A stretch of DNA of 64,000 bases from Balamuthia mandrillaris. Taxonomy: Eukaryota. The translations under genes and the position numbers were made by a program. Positions within the stretch are counted from its first letter, which is position 1. Every line of letters starts with the position of its first letter. Of this stretch, positions 15,075 through 28,691 are shown one piece after another. The notes beneath the pieces are model-generated. The model saw only the letters and a list, made by a program, of their open reading frames with translations, had not been told where the DNA came from and ran no database searches. Location of the stretch: positions 124,001-188,000 of the forward strand of contig JAVKOQ020000007.1 of the NCBI GenBank assembly GCA_031835245.2, given 5' to 3'.

Positions 15075-18066
15075 TCAAGAACAAATAGAACGAAGGTAAT
15101 CGTTGATGAATTGTTGATAGTGCTCCGCAGAGAGACCAGCCGCCACCGCTTTGTCATACAGCTTATGAGCCTGCATTTGGATGTTGCTCTCTTTGCCGCC
15201 CTCCAACAAATAGTTCAGCTTCGCTGCAACCGCCGCGCTCACAAAGTATCTTTAGGGGTTTTTTTTTTCGTGAACGTTTTGTGGCATGAAGAGGAAAAAA
15301 AAACCAAACAAACAAACAAACAGAAAACAAAAAACAAAAACAATGGATCAAAAAAAACAGAAACAGCAAAACTAAAGAGAATCATTGTTGTACCTTTTGT
15401 TAACATCAGCCAGCTGCTGTTGCAACCGTTCCATCTGTTCCTGCTGCTTCTTTGCTTTCTGCTGCTGCTCCGTTTTTTCCTCCTCGAAAATCTTTTCTTT
15501 GACGTCCATCGACAAAACAGTTTTTCTTAACTCCAACTCCAATTCATGTTTGCTCTTCAGCGCTTCCTCCAGTTCTTTGCGAAGTATTTCTGGGTCGTGG
15601 CAATCGCTCAACGACAAAGAAGCAAGAAAAGAGGAGGAAGAGGAGGAAGAAGATGATGAGGAAGAAGATGATGAAGAGGAGGATGATGACGATGATGAAG
15701 AGGACGAAGCAGAAGAAGGAGAAGGAGAAGAGGAAGTCAGAGGAGAGATTAAGTCTTTTGCAGAATGAGCGAGAGCAGCGGTGAGAGAGGAGGACGGTTG
15801 GTGGTCACGAAGCCGGTGTGTTTCCTCTGTCATGTGATTTAATTGTGCTGTTAGGCTTGCTATTTCCACTTTTTGCTTTCGCTCTTTGTCTATATGAAAC
15901 GAGTTAATAAATGAAAAAAAAAGATAACAATCAGATAAGAAGAAAGAAACCTTGAAGCTGAGAAATAGTTTCTTGAGCAGCAGCTAACTCTGTCCGCTGT
16001 TTGCGCAAGACCTCTTCCACGTCTTCTTCGATCCGCCTTGCATTTTTCTTGAGTGCAATAGCTTCCTCTTCGTGCTTCCGTTCTTTTTCTCTCATTGTCT
16101 AATTTGCAAATAACACAAAGAGGAAACCGAAAGAAAGCAAAAAGGTAAGTCGGCGTTGTTGTTTGTGGTTAGTGTGAGTTTGTAAAAACCTGAAGTTGGT
16201 TATCTTTTGACTTGATGATCGCCAAACAATCTTGCAGATTGCCTCTAAGTTGTTCAGATTCACGTCTTTCTCCCTCTAAGTTGTTCACCAATATCTGGAT
16301 TTGTTGTTGCAATTCTGAAAAGAGACACAGATGAGATAAAGAGATAGAATGAGAGGGTGCAATAGTACGTAAGATGATAAACTGCGCTTGTTGGTCTACA
16401 GCCACAAGTTGTTCCTGCGTAGCATCCTGATGATGAGGCTGCTGTTGATGATGTTGCATGCCAGCATGATAGCTGGATCCCAACGCAGCTGGCGATTGAC
16501 TAGCTAGCTCATTATGAGGAGGGCTTAGAGAAGAAGGAGGAGAGGGAGAGTGCCTCGAAGGAAAGGACCCTCCCGACGATGGAATGCTTTGATAATAAGC
16601 GACATCGTAGAAAGAATGACGTGGCGCTTTTCTTCTATTTCTGGAGTTATTGTTCGTTTGCTGCGCGGTTTTTGCAGATTGAGTCCCACCTTCAGAAGCT
16701 GTCGCTGCGTTTTCGTTGTTATTAGTTTTGTCATTAAAGTTGTCGCTGTTGATGTTGTTGTTGCTCGCTGTATAATGAGTTGCAGCTCGAACATTTCTGC
16801 TTTCTCGTCGCGAATTTTCCTCCTCTTCCTCCTCCAAGAAGGAAGTCGGTTTGCCAACCATCGGACTGGAAAGACTACGAACGAGAACATGAGGAGAAGA
16901 ACCAGAAGAAGACGACGACGATGACGAAGGAGATGGTGGTGAGGAGGGTCTGTCGATTGTTCTCCTCCCCACAACACCAAAACTCCCTACAACGCTTACA
17001 CTGTTTCCTCCACTTTCACCGGAACTGCCGCTTCCACTTCCACTGGCAGAGGTGTGTCGATTGATGAGGCTGCCACCACCAGCCGGCATGGCAGACGCCA
17101 ACAGCTCGTTGGCTCTCATGTGCACGGTCTGGCGTTGCAGCCGGATGGAGCGCTCCACGTCCTCCTTCTGCGACATGAACAACTCGCGGTACTTCTTTAT
17201 CCCATCCAACCAGTAGAGCATGTCCACCTCGGAGGAGGCCACCAGCTTGTAGTCCCTGTCCTTAGTGGCTATTACGAAAGGCCATGAGGTCTGTTGCTTA
17301 CTGCTGTTGCTTTGGTTGCTACCACCTCCGGTGCTGCCTGGTGGAATGCCTAACGCCCCTTTGGAGTAGCATTGGCTGTAGATGCGTGTGCATTGCTCCA
17401 ATGCGATGAAGCCCAGTTCCTGTTGTCATCGTTTTGTTGTTTTGTCACGAGGTTGAAGAAGAAGAAGAAGAAGAAGAAGAAGAAGAAGAAGAACAAGAAC
17501 AAGAACAAGAAGAAGAACAAGAAGAAGAACAAGAAGAAGAACAAGAAGAAGAACAAGAAGAAGAAGAACAAGAAGAAGAAGAAGAAGAAGAAGAAGAACA
17601 AGAAGAACAAGAAGAAGAACAAGAAGAAGAACAAGAAGAAGAACAAGAAGAACAAGAAGAAGAAGAAGAAGAACAAGAACAAGAACAAGAAGAAGAACAA
17701 GAACAAGAACAAGAAAAAGAACAAGAAGAACAAGAACAAGAAGGAAGAAGAAGAAGAAGAACAAGAAGAAGAACAGAGACAAAGACAAAATTGAAGAAGA
17801 AGAAGAAGACGAAGAAGACGAAGAAGAAGAACAACAACGAGAACAGAGAGAATCCATAGAAAGAAGAAGAATCGGTCTTTCAGTACCTCACTTTTAGGAG
17901 ATTTGCTGTAGGAAAGTTTGCCTTTCGAAAGCCAAAACCACCGCTTCTTGAAGGTGCGCACCAAGCCCTTCGCTCCTAACTTGTACAAATAACCTTCCAA
18001 TTGGTAGAGCTTTTGGTTTGTTTTGTGTTGTGGGAGATCGATCGGGAATTTTTTAAAAAAATCCAT
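15075..18066 (-). CDS. PH-domain + coiled-coil protein, multi-exon
   Basis: LEGYLYKLGAKGLVRTFKKRWFWL..ELGFIAL..FVIATKDRDYKLVASSEVDMLYWLDGI is a PH domain. Downstream exons are Ser-rich and coiled-coil. Confidence 0.8.
17455..17835. repeat. (AAG/AAC)n microsatellite in an intron of the PH gene
   Basis: About 380 bp of GAA/CAA triplets. Confidence 0.95.
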
Positions 18067-18451
18067 TTGAAATAAAAGAAAGTTAGTATTCCCGACACAC
18101 AAGACACAACCCACAAGTCCTGACCATACCTTCTCCTGTTCCTCAAAGGAGTGCAACATCTTATGGAGGCCTCCCCACTCCTGCCACTATTAAAGCCTCC
18201 TTTGTTTCGGCGATCTTTTTTTTCTGTTTTTGTGGACAATCCATAGGGATAACCGAGTGACGTCAAAATTTTCGTTTTTAGACGCGCATGACATCAGCGT
18301 AGTTAATTAATCGATTATCTGAGATTTTTAAATAAATATTAGAAATCGGTTAATATTTTAAATATTACCCAATATAAAGTATATATTGCAATATTTTGTA
18401 ATTAATATTAAAATATTGCAAAAATTATAAAAGCAGCGTCGAATTGTCGTT

Positions 18452-19511
18452 TCAGTTGACGACTTTCTCCTTTGCGGCAGCGATCTCCTTGTCCTTGAGC
18501 ACGCGGCGGAGGATCTTGCCGCTCATGTTCTTTGGGATCAGGTCCACAAACTCCAGCCCACCGCGAAGCTTCTTGTAAGGGCTGACTTTGTCGTCGAACC
18601 AAGCGATGAGCTCCTCGGCGGTGAGGCTGTGATCCTTCTTCAAAACGACGTAGGCTTTGGGCAACTCTCCCGCCTCGTCATCCGGTTTCCCCACCACAGC
18701 GCAATCCGCAACTGCTGGATGAGTCAACTGCATTTATAAATGGCGGACATGAGAAGGAAGAAAGTCAAATGAAGCAGAATATTGAAGACTAAAGAAAGAC
18801 CAACACACAACGAAAGCAAAGAAAGAAGAAGAAAAACAAACCAATTTGCCTTCAAGTTCAGCGGGAGGAACTTGGAAGCCTTTGAACTTGATGAGCTCTT
18901 TGAGGCGATCCACCACAAAGTAGAAGCCGTTCTCGTCTACGTGACCAATATCTCCTGTGTGCAGGAAGCCATCCTTATCCATTATGGCTGTTGGTTATCG
19001 AGCCATTAGTCTTCATAGAACAGAGCAAGAGAGAGAGAGAGAGAGAGAGGAGTAGAAAAAGAAAAGAGAAAAAAACAGAGAGGAACAATAGAAAAGACAG
19101 TAGGACAAGAGAAGAGAGGCGAAGAAAAGAAGAAAAATGAACCAGCAGTAGCATCAGGACGCTTGTAATAGCCTTTTTGTTTGAGATGGTGTTGTGTGAT
19201 GAAAACATAATAGTAATCAACAAAAAAAAAAATAAACAAACAAACACAAAAGCCAAACAAAGTGATGAAAAGGAAGCTACCTTTCATGATATTGGGACCG
19301 CGAACACATATTTCACCATCCTGGTCAACGCCCACAAACTCACCGGTAGCGGGGTCTTGTATTCTGGCCTCCAAGTTGGGGAGAAGGATGCCAACCGATC
19401 CTGCTGGCGCTTCCCTGGAAGGTGCTACAGAAGGACCGAAATGAAGAAACAATTAAAAGAAAAAACGTTAACAACAAAAACTATCAGCTTTGTGGGGAGG
19501 GAGGGAGAGGG

Positions 19512-19567
<56 letters not shown>

Positions 19568-21232
19568 CAAGGACACATACTGATGTGTGTGGCAGGAGAC
19601 AATTCGGTCATGCCATAGCCTTGCTTGATTTGCACGTTAAGTCGTGATATGCACTCTTTCTCCAAATCACCTGAGAGAGGCGCAGCCCCACTAAACACAA
19701 CACGAAGACTGTGTAGCCCAACATAAGAATGAAGTGCGAAAACAAATGAAAAGAAAAACGAGCAGAGCGAGAAACAGTACCTGGAAAGATCGTATTTGTC
19801 AACAAGAGGGCTCTTAGCAAGAGCCAAAACGATGGGTGGCACAATGTGGGCATATGTAACTTTATGTTCTTGAACGATTTGCAAGTACTGTTCGTTGTGT
19901 CAGTACAGAGAAAAGGAGGAGCAGGAGAAAAGTCAATTACCTGCTCCAAATCGAACTTGGGCATAATAACAGTCTTGATCTTTTTATGAAGCCCAAGGCT
20001 CAAAATGGCAATCATGGCGTAGATGTGATAGAATGGAAGCACACCAATAAAGACATCATCCTCCTTGATGTCGTCCAACACGGCCTCTATCTGGCAAACG
20101 TTGGTGACAAGGTTGAGGTGGGTAAGCTCCACTCCTTTGGGCAAACCAGTGGTACCGCTTGAATAAGGGATGGCCACAGTATCCGTTTTAGGATCTATCT
20201 CTACGTTTGGCATCTATGCGAGAAGAAAAAAGGGATGTAAGAAGAAAAAGAGAAAGAAGACAAAAGACAGAGGAGGAGAGAAAATCGTGTGGTAACAACA
20301 AACCTCTCCCTCAGCCTTCAGCAAGCTTGCGAAAGGGGTAGCTCCTTCGGCCTCGCCAAAGACGAAGATCTCTTGGATGGGAGTCTCCAGCGTCTGCATA
20401 GCAGCTTTTGCCTAAAAAGAAGAGACACAACTAAGAAATAAAAACAACCAAACAGAAGCAAGATGAAGAACGCGAACACGAAGAAGAACATACCTTTTCA
20501 AGAAAGAGAGAAATAGTAATGAGGAACTTGGCATCGCTGTCTTTGAGCTGGTAGGCCAATTCCTCTGTGCTTGCCAGCGGGGTACAACCCGTTACGATAG
20601 CACCTTTTGGTCATAGTTGTTTAACACAAAGCTAAATGAAGTAGCGAAGAGAGGCAGAAGAAACAAAGCGAGAAGAAGCAGAAGAGAAACGCGACAGAGA
20701 AGAAGCAAAGTAGAGAAGCATAGCGAAGGCAATACGAACAAGACGAGAAGAAGGACAAGAAGAAAATTGAAACCCGCAAAGCAAAAAAAAAAAGAAGAAG
20801 CAAGAAAATGACAGAAAGGAAGCGAGGCAGAGCGCAGGTAGAAGCAGTACCAAGGGAAGCGACCGCATGAAAGGCAATAGGGTACTCGGGAAGGTTGGGC
20901 GCGAAGATGCACACCACGTCTCCCTTTCTCACTCCATGTTGGTGCAAACCCAACGCTACCTATTGTTGTTAATATTTGCAACCACGAAAAAAAGAACCAA
21001 AAAAAAAGATGAGAAACAGTGGTGGTGTTTTTTTTAACAAACAAAAAAAAACCTTTTGAATAGCGCCGTAGAGCTGACCGTAGTTATACTGGCGGCCAGA
21101 GACGTCCACCAAGGCCGCCTTGTCCCTGACCGACTGCCAGCCTTGGAAGGTGAACTGGGTGATGGTGGCCAGAGGAAAGTCCAAAGGCTCCAACTGGCTC
21201 TTGAAGGTGATCGCTGTGGCGGTGTCTTGCAT
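18452..21232 (-). CDS. 4-coumarate-CoA ligase/luciferase-like acyl-CoA synthetase (ANL family)
   Basis: [68 protein letters not shown] and [11 protein letters not shown]. Confidence 0.93.
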
Positions 21233-21572
21233 GGATTTTGGGGGTGGGGGGGGGTTGGTTGTGAGGGAAAGAGAGGGGGGAGCAAGTTGGGCCAAACGGG
21301 TTTCTTTTTTTTTTTTTTGCTGCAAAAAAAAAAGTAGTGGTTTGTTTTGGCGATTAAAGAGACGCACCCCAGCACAAATAGCATTTGACCAAAGCTGGAC
21401 AATTTATCGAGTTCAACGGAAGGAGCAGCGGTGAGGGGGGTCGCTGGATACAAAATTATCTACGGTCACCATTGGCGTGGCGCGGAGTATTGAAGCTAGA
21501 CAAATTTTTCTCCTTGTTGAATCGCTCTCATGATACCGTCGACAAGAAGAAAAATTATAAAGAAAGAGGGAT

Positions 21573-22470
21573 TTATTCGTGGTGGCCGTTTAGCGGAACA
21601 GAGTGGAAGTACAGTTTTACTGTTGCGATTACCCCAACAAGCTGTCCTTTTGCAGCGCCCTTCTTAGTTGGTCCAGATGGTCTATTAGAGACTTCGATAG
21701 TCTGGCGTGTGTTCCTGCTGTAACGGTTGTTATAGATTGTCTGCGCGATTTCCTTCATTCTGGCTGGGCTAGGTGGTTCCTCCGCTTCGTCATCTTCAGT
21801 GGTGGGGTCGAGCTACTTGCTGCCTAACGTCCGCCAAAAGTTTCAAAACGTGGGCATAGTCTTCCTGCCCAATAAGTAGCACAAAAGCTTTCCCAGCGCG
21901 TCTTTGTATGCTCTTGATTCAGAGCGGCCTCCTCCAGGTCATCTATGGTCGGGTAGCGGCGTCGTAGTCTGTATGTCTCGCGCTCGCTGTTTGGTTGAAA
22001 AACGTATTCGATGGCAGATTCCATATACGTATAGCTGAGAGTTCCTAGAAGTAACCTGAACCTCGCACGTTGCTCTTGATTCTGCATCTTGCGCATGTTT
22101 TGCTCCAACTCAGCAACTCGTTTCTCAAAATCCGCGTTTCTGCGTTTCAGCTCATTTATCTCTGCGTCACGGTTCAGCACCACCTGTTTCAGCTCCTTTA
22201 TCTTTTGTTTGAGTCCTTGGACGCGTTTCCCGTGCTCCTCGTCCCGTTTTGAGAGCTCATTCATGTGTTTTTGCATCAAGGCATCCTTTTCTGCACGCAA
22301 CAACTCCTCCTTTTGCTTGGCGAGTCTCAACTCCTCCTCTAGCTGGGAGAGTTTGCGTTGTAGGGCGTTTTGGTCCCCATAGATGCCCAGCGTCACGGTC
22401 TGGGCAGCCCTTTGCACGAGCGTTTCTTGCGACGATTCCCCACTCGCCTGGAGTTGATTACTTTCTGACA
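21573..22470 (-). pseudogene. Intron-less coiled-coil orphan ORF with apparent frameshifts in its 3' half
   Basis: The 230-aa coiled-coil ORF continues in other frames (QEDYAHVLKLLADVRQQVA..; TEDDEAEEPPSPARMKEIAQTIY). Confidence 0.4.
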
Positions 22471-23361
22471 TTTGTTGGCTGTGTGCTTGATTCATGAGCA
22501 AAGAAGAAATACCCAAAAAAATAAGTGGGCCGTGCCTGGTGTACCCCTTTTTTTCTCTCGCTCACTTTTTTTCGAAAATAGGAAAAAAAAGACAAGAGAA
22601 ATATCAGTGCTTCGAACAGGATCTTGGCGGTGACCTTGTTAGGAGGCAATCGTTAATGCCAAGGTCAGCCATCCTTTTTCTCTCCAAGGCGGACGGGTTG
22701 TCATCACGTCTTGAGGCTATGAAAAAGACCTTGAGTTCTTCCTTTTAGAAACAAGAGGCGCTCCTCAATCGCGAACGCGACACATTTTTTAGAGACTCAT
22801 GGCAACCACAAACAGATGGCAGCGAGAACGAACCATGCATGTGCCTGGCATCGTGCACTCCCTGCACGCTGACAACGGGCGGTTTCAGCCACAGCGAGGC
22901 AGACTGGGTGATTCGGTGGATTAGCCCAGCGGTGCCCAATGGGAATTAAAATGAAGACCATTTAAAACTCCGTCGAACGACCCCTCCTGCAATGTCGACA
23001 CAAATATATGCAAAAGGAAAAACGCGCCAAAACCGAAACAAAAAAAAAGCAAACAGAAAAATTTTTTTCAAACGATTGAAAGGATTGCAGCCGTCACTAC
23101 TCGCTACGGTCGGGTCCACTGGTAGGCCCGCCACAAATCCAAAGATCGAGTGTTACGCGCAGTGATAAGGTAGGCTCTTTGTGATCTTACGCATCTTGCT
23201 CCCTCCCCCTTCCAGGGCATCTGAGGTTTTTAACACTTGACACTGAGGCCCCCTCTTCATGATTACTTTTTCCCCTGCTTGCTACTTTTTTAACGAGTTT
23301 TCGTTGTTCACTACGCAAACAGGAAGAAAAGTTGCGACACACCAAGTTTTATCCCGGCGCT

Positions 23362-24175
23362 ATGTCTAGTAGTGAGTTCTTTCTACTCCGTTCCTTCTCT
23401 TTCATTCTAGTTCTTGTTCTTCCTTTTCCTAAGAGAAACATGTGTACCCACCAGGGAGAAGGAAATCAGAGCCTGCCAAAAAGGGAGCAGCATCCAGGGC
23501 CGCTGCCGCCCGAGTTAACCCCACTGCTCGACTACAAGATCTGAAACGACTAGGTTTGTAACACTGAAAGAAGAGCAGTTGAGAGAAAGGAATGAAAAAG
23601 GCGGAAGGAAAGGCTCCTTTGCTAAAGTCACCGCGCTCACCATAGAGGTTGAGGCCTATTGTGCCGTTTTAAGTGCATTTCGAGCGCAAGGGGAGTTAAC
23701 ATGGAAGAAGGAATCAATCATGCAAGACTTGAGGGATATACTAAGGATTTCAGAAGAGAGGCACAGAATGGAGATAAAAAGGGTGCGAGAAGACGAAGCC
23801 TTGGCTGAAATTGCTCAGTTAAATACAAGGTACATACTGGTTGTAGTCTATGTTGTTCTTCTTCCTTTCATTCTTTCATTCAGGCTCACAAAGAAATTTG
23901 TTACCAAAACTTGTTCATTTATTCTGCTTTTCTGCAGTCCTGTTGCCGAGGAAGGGGATCTTACAGACACAGAGTCACCTAGATCAAAGAAAAAGCAAAA
24001 ACAATCAATGTGGGGCAGTAACCATTTGGGCGAAGGTCTGCCCCCGCTCGATGCTGTTGCTTTGGCCGCCTCCACCACACCACCCAATCTTTCCCATATT
24101 CCTTCCGTAGACACCAAAGCAAAATCTAAACGAACTGTACGTCTTCCCTCCACCTCTTATCCTGTTATGTCTTCT

Positions 24176-24216
<41 letters not shown>

Positions 24217-24775
24217 CGTTTTACTCACTGAAACAAACAAATAGACATCAACCAGCAGAAAGCGAAAGGAACCGCCAAAATCTACAAAGAAAGAGCTGAA
24301 AGTGGAAGTAACCACCGCCGAAGAAGAGGAACCAGAACTTCAACCACAACAAGCACAAGCGATGGACAAAGAATCAGCCGAAGAAAAAGCATCAGGTGAA
24401 GCGGGAGGAGAAGGAGACGGGACTGGTGAAGCTGGAGAGGATGGGGGGGAGGGAGAAGAGGGAGATGGGGCGCTTCCTATGGAAGCCTCCTCCGAGGACA
24501 AAGAAGACCTTTCCGCATTTGGAGATCCCTCTGAGATTCAACAGATGCAGATAAGTACTTTTCCCGCTTTTTTTTTGTCCCATTTGTACTAATTCTATTT
24601 TCTCGCTCTTCTTTTGATTTCTCCCTTTCTCTTTTTCTTTCTTTCTTTTTCCCTCCTTCTTTCTTCTTTTCTTTTCTTTGTTTTTTTTTGGGATGTGCAC
24701 GAGAAACTATTGGCCGAGAAAGAGCGGTTAAGAGCAGAGTTGGAAGCACTGCAAGCCGAAATCGGTGGAGGATAA
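23362..24775 (+). CDS. ENT (EMSY N-terminal) domain protein
   Basis: EVEAYCAVLSAFRAQGELTWKKESIMQDLRDILRISEERHRMEI matches the ENT domain. Acidic disordered C-terminus. Confidence 0.85.
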
Positions 24776-24889
24776 AAATAACAACCCACATCCCCTTTTT
24801 TAAACAATCTTCTTCTCTCTTCAATTAATTTTTTTCGTTGTATCTTTTTTTTTTCTGTATTTTTCCTCCCAAACCAAATAAGAACCAAA

Positions 24890-26705
24890 CTACAAGTGAA
24901 CAAGATTGCGATACTTGGATCGATTCTTTTTCTGCTTCACTTCATTTTCTTTGGTTGAAGAAGCAGAAGCACCCGACTCTTCCACAGGACGAAAATGAGG
25001 ATCCCATTGGTGCCGATACGCATCCACGGGCACCAGCTTCATCACATCTTCTCTTCCCTCGTTTTCGTTCATGTTCTTCCACAGTGGGAGAACTAAGCCG
25101 TCTCTTTCTCCGTCCAACAACAAACGCACCCGACGACCTTGCAATAAGGAACGAAGAACTCGTTTATCGTCCGCCACAATTCCTTCTGGCACTTCAAACG
25201 CCAACACATCTTCTGCGTCTTCCTCTTCCTCTTTCTCTTCGTCTTCCATCTTCTTTCTCTTTGTCTTCTGTTCATGTTCTATTGGGATCGAATGTTTCTG
25301 CTCTTTCTGCTTCTTCTTTTTGAAGAGTAAGTTGAGAGCAAAATCGATGGTTCTTCGCTCTTGTGGAGAGTATTTCCCCAACTCAACTCGTTGCGCTTCT
25401 CGCTGAATGAGCTGACTGAATCGACGCGTCTGCATATGGAGTTGCATCGAGTTGAGTGCTGTAGGCACTGTTCTCGTTGGGCGTGCTTCCTCCTCTTCCT
25501 CCTCTTCCTCTTCCGCTTCGTTGTTCTCCTTCTCCACGTTTGTGTTTCTGTTATTGTTGTTGGTATCTATGTCCATCACGAGATGACGAAGAGGAGCGAC
25601 GACAAAGTCTTTGGCCCAACTTGGCATAACTGCCAAACAAAACAGATGTGGTAACAACGGCTCCGACTTTACATTGGCGCTTCTTACAGATATCGGTGAT
25701 GTTAATGTTGGTGTTGTTTCGAGAGCAAGCGAAGGAGCAGAAGAAGATGGGGAGGAAGGAGCAGTAGAAGGAGAAGGATAGGAAAGATGACGGTAATGGC
25801 GTTGAATCCAAAGAATGAGTTGGTCAGCTGGGGGTGAGTGTGGAAAACTATAGTGAAAGTCATAATTGCCACAACTATACGAATAACGACATTAAAAAGA
25901 GCAAACAGAGAGTGAGAACAGGGAATGAAAGAATGAGAGAGGTAAAGAAGAGGATAATAACGTACTTTGCAAAAAGGTACATGTGAATGTTCCAAAGAAG
26001 AGCTTGTAAATAAGCGGGAACGTCCCAATGCCTAACGAAGAGGTTGCCGTCGTCTTCCTCCTCTTGCTCCTCTTGTAGGTTTGGACTTGGATCGTCAACC
26101 TCTGCTTCTTTTTCTTTTTCTTTTGCTTTTGGCGTTTCTTTTGCGTGAAAGAGTTTTGTATGACAATTCAAGAATTGACAAAGTCGTTTGGTGCTGATGA
26201 GAATATGATAAAGCAGAGGTAAGTTGAGAGTAAGTTCGTTGTGTTGATCGACGTCGACTAGAAATTGTTGTTTTATCTTTTCGTTGTTCTGTTTTAGCTG
26301 TACATAACTCCACCATAAATCTCCCCATTCCACTCTTTTGTGTTTTAGCGAAGAGGGTAAACAAAGATAGAAAATGGTAAGAAGAAGGAAGGAAGAATAC
26401 ATCGTGCAAAATAAGAAAGCGAAGATAAATTGAAAAATACCCTTGAAACTTAGGAATGTAGTCATTGCCCATGAATACAACAAGTAACACAAAGTCCACT
26501 GCTGTCCTTCTGATGAACCCCTCATAACAAGAGGCCTCCTCTTCCTCGTTTCCGTTCTGTGGAAAGGTCTCCCTGAAATAGCCAAACAGTCTAGCTACTG
26601 AGAAGAGCTGGTCATAACCTTTACACGGGGCAAACACCGATGTGGCTCGTCCTCCACTTACCATCCCACATATTGCTGATATTATTTGAAGTTTTTCTCA
26701 TCAGC

Positions 26706-26737
<32 letters not shown>

Positions 26738-27119
26738 GAGGGGAAAGGAGTAGAAGAATAGCAACGAATGAAGAGCGAAGCGCGAAGAGAGAAGAAGGGA
26801 TAAGGGATGAAGAGAGAAATAGTACCCAGCAAAAGGAGATCAGAGTCGTCTCCTACGATGAGTGATGCTCTTTCTGAGGTTTCCTCTTTTGCTTTTTCAG
26901 CTGCTGCGAGACCATTGCCCTCTTTTTCATTTCTTTTTTGTCGCTTCTTCTTCTTCTTCTTTATCTTTTTTCTTCTTTGTTTCTCTCTTGCTCTCTTTTC
27001 TTCGTATAACAGCAATTGCACCAACTTCAACTCACCTTCACCTGCATCACTCTGTTAGCCCAAAAAAAAAAGAAGCACAAGACGAGAGGAGAAGCAGGGC
27101 AGGGCGATAGAGGAGCGAG

Positions 27120-27158
<39 letters not shown>

Positions 27159-27971
27159 AGAAGAAGAAGAAGAAGAAGAAGAAGAAGAAGAAGAAGAAGA
27201 AGAAGAAGAACAAGACCAAGACCAAGAACAATAAGAACAAGAACAAGAAGAAGAGAGAAGACTAAAAAACTAGAACGCGGGAAGAACGGAAGGGACAGAG
27301 CAGAGACAAGCAAAAGAGGAAAACAGCATACCAGGGACAGTGGCTCCAGAAACATAAATGCGTGAGGGTGATGATGGAGAAGAAAGCAAACGGGAGCATG
27401 CATAATGACAGAGGGCGTCCTTGACCTCCTCCATGAATGTAGTGCCTGGCGTCAACTCCAACTTATCGATTGCTGCTTTGGTGCTCGCTTCTTTGTTGGA
27501 CTGAAGCGAAAGAGCGAGAGAAGAGGGGTGAGAAAAGAGAGAGAGAGAGAGAGAGAGAGATGTCAACAACAGAACAAGGGAGGAGAGCATACGTACAGTT
27601 TTCACTCTTCTTCGTTTTTGTTTGACCCATTTGGCGGCAGGAGCAGGTCCATCCAACGCCAGAACAAGGGACACCTCCGGAGGAAAAGCCTCCAACACCG
27701 CGTCCACCTGCTCGAACACCTCTCTGAAGAAGAACATCGGGTGAGTGCTCGCCGATCGCGCCAAGAGGTTGTGCAGCATAGACATCAGATCGAGGGCGAC
27801 GTGTTGCATGGGCAAAGGGTCATATCTTATCACACGCTCTTTTCTTCTCGAAGAAAAAGGCGAGGAGGAGGCAGAAGAAGACGACGACGACGATGACGAC
27901 GAAACATGGTAGTTGCGAAAACAATCCGGGAAGGTTCGGCTGAGCCACTGAGAGAGTCCACTTACACCCAT
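24890..27971 (-). CDS. XRN-family 5'-3' exoribonuclease-like protein (catalytic domain, short form)
   Basis: MGVSGLSQWL, ALDGPAPAAKW, LTPGTTFM, VSGATVPGEGELK, GDDSDLLLLG and DFVLLVVFMGNDYIPK. Confidence 0.88.
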
Positions 27972-28691
27972 CCCCTGTGCTTTCTTTTTTTTTTTGGGTC
28001 CACTCTATTATTTCACGTCGTCATGGAATATGATTCTCTCCTGTCCATTCTCGCTATCCTTTAATCACCCGAATTAATTACCCTATTTAATCATTTTCAG
28101 CTAAAAATGACTTTAAGGAAGCTCCTTATTTTTGGATGCTAGGTTACCCGTTTGATTTTGGATTGGCGGGGAGTAAAAAATAAACAATAACGGCTAAAAA
28201 ACGGATGAAAAATAATTGCGGGTGAAAAGAAAGAGAGGCGAACACCATCCCCCACGATCAAACCACACCACTTGCCACTTTTTTTTCTTTCTGTGTGTGT
28301 CACGCCAATCATTTGGTGCACCTTTTAGTCTTCCTCCTTCCATCTTTTTTTTTTGGGGGGGGTGCTGCTTTATATTTATATAAAGTGCCTTTGTTTTTTT
28401 GTTTTGTTTTTCAGCTTCCTTTCTGTCTTTTTCTTTCGTCGTCGTCGTCGGTGTCTTCTTTATTTAGTTCCTTGTCCTCTTTCTTTCATTCCTTCCTTCT
28501 TTCTTTTTTATTTATTTATTTGGTGCCTTCTTCTATATTATTGTTCGGTTCTTCTTCTTCTTTATTGTTGCTGCTGCAGCTGTTTTCGGTTTGGAGAAAC
28601 ACAAAAAGAACGGCCTTCTTCCTCGTCTTCTCTCTGAAAAACGAGCGGCAAATCAAACGAAAAAAAAAAATTCGAAAGGGAAACACACGCA

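Noticed and set aside
17372..17859. Poly-K/E/L/S ORFs in several frames
   Set aside because: Translations of an intronic (AAG/AAC)n microsatellite; the same applies to 40176-40689 and 41530-42085.
23149..23237. Possible C/D-box snoRNA (stem AGTGTTA/TAACACT, GTGATAA, CTGA)
   Set aside because: The C box is imperfect, the boxes are offset from the stem, and I could not identify an rRNA-complementary guide. It would need snoscan or small-RNA data.
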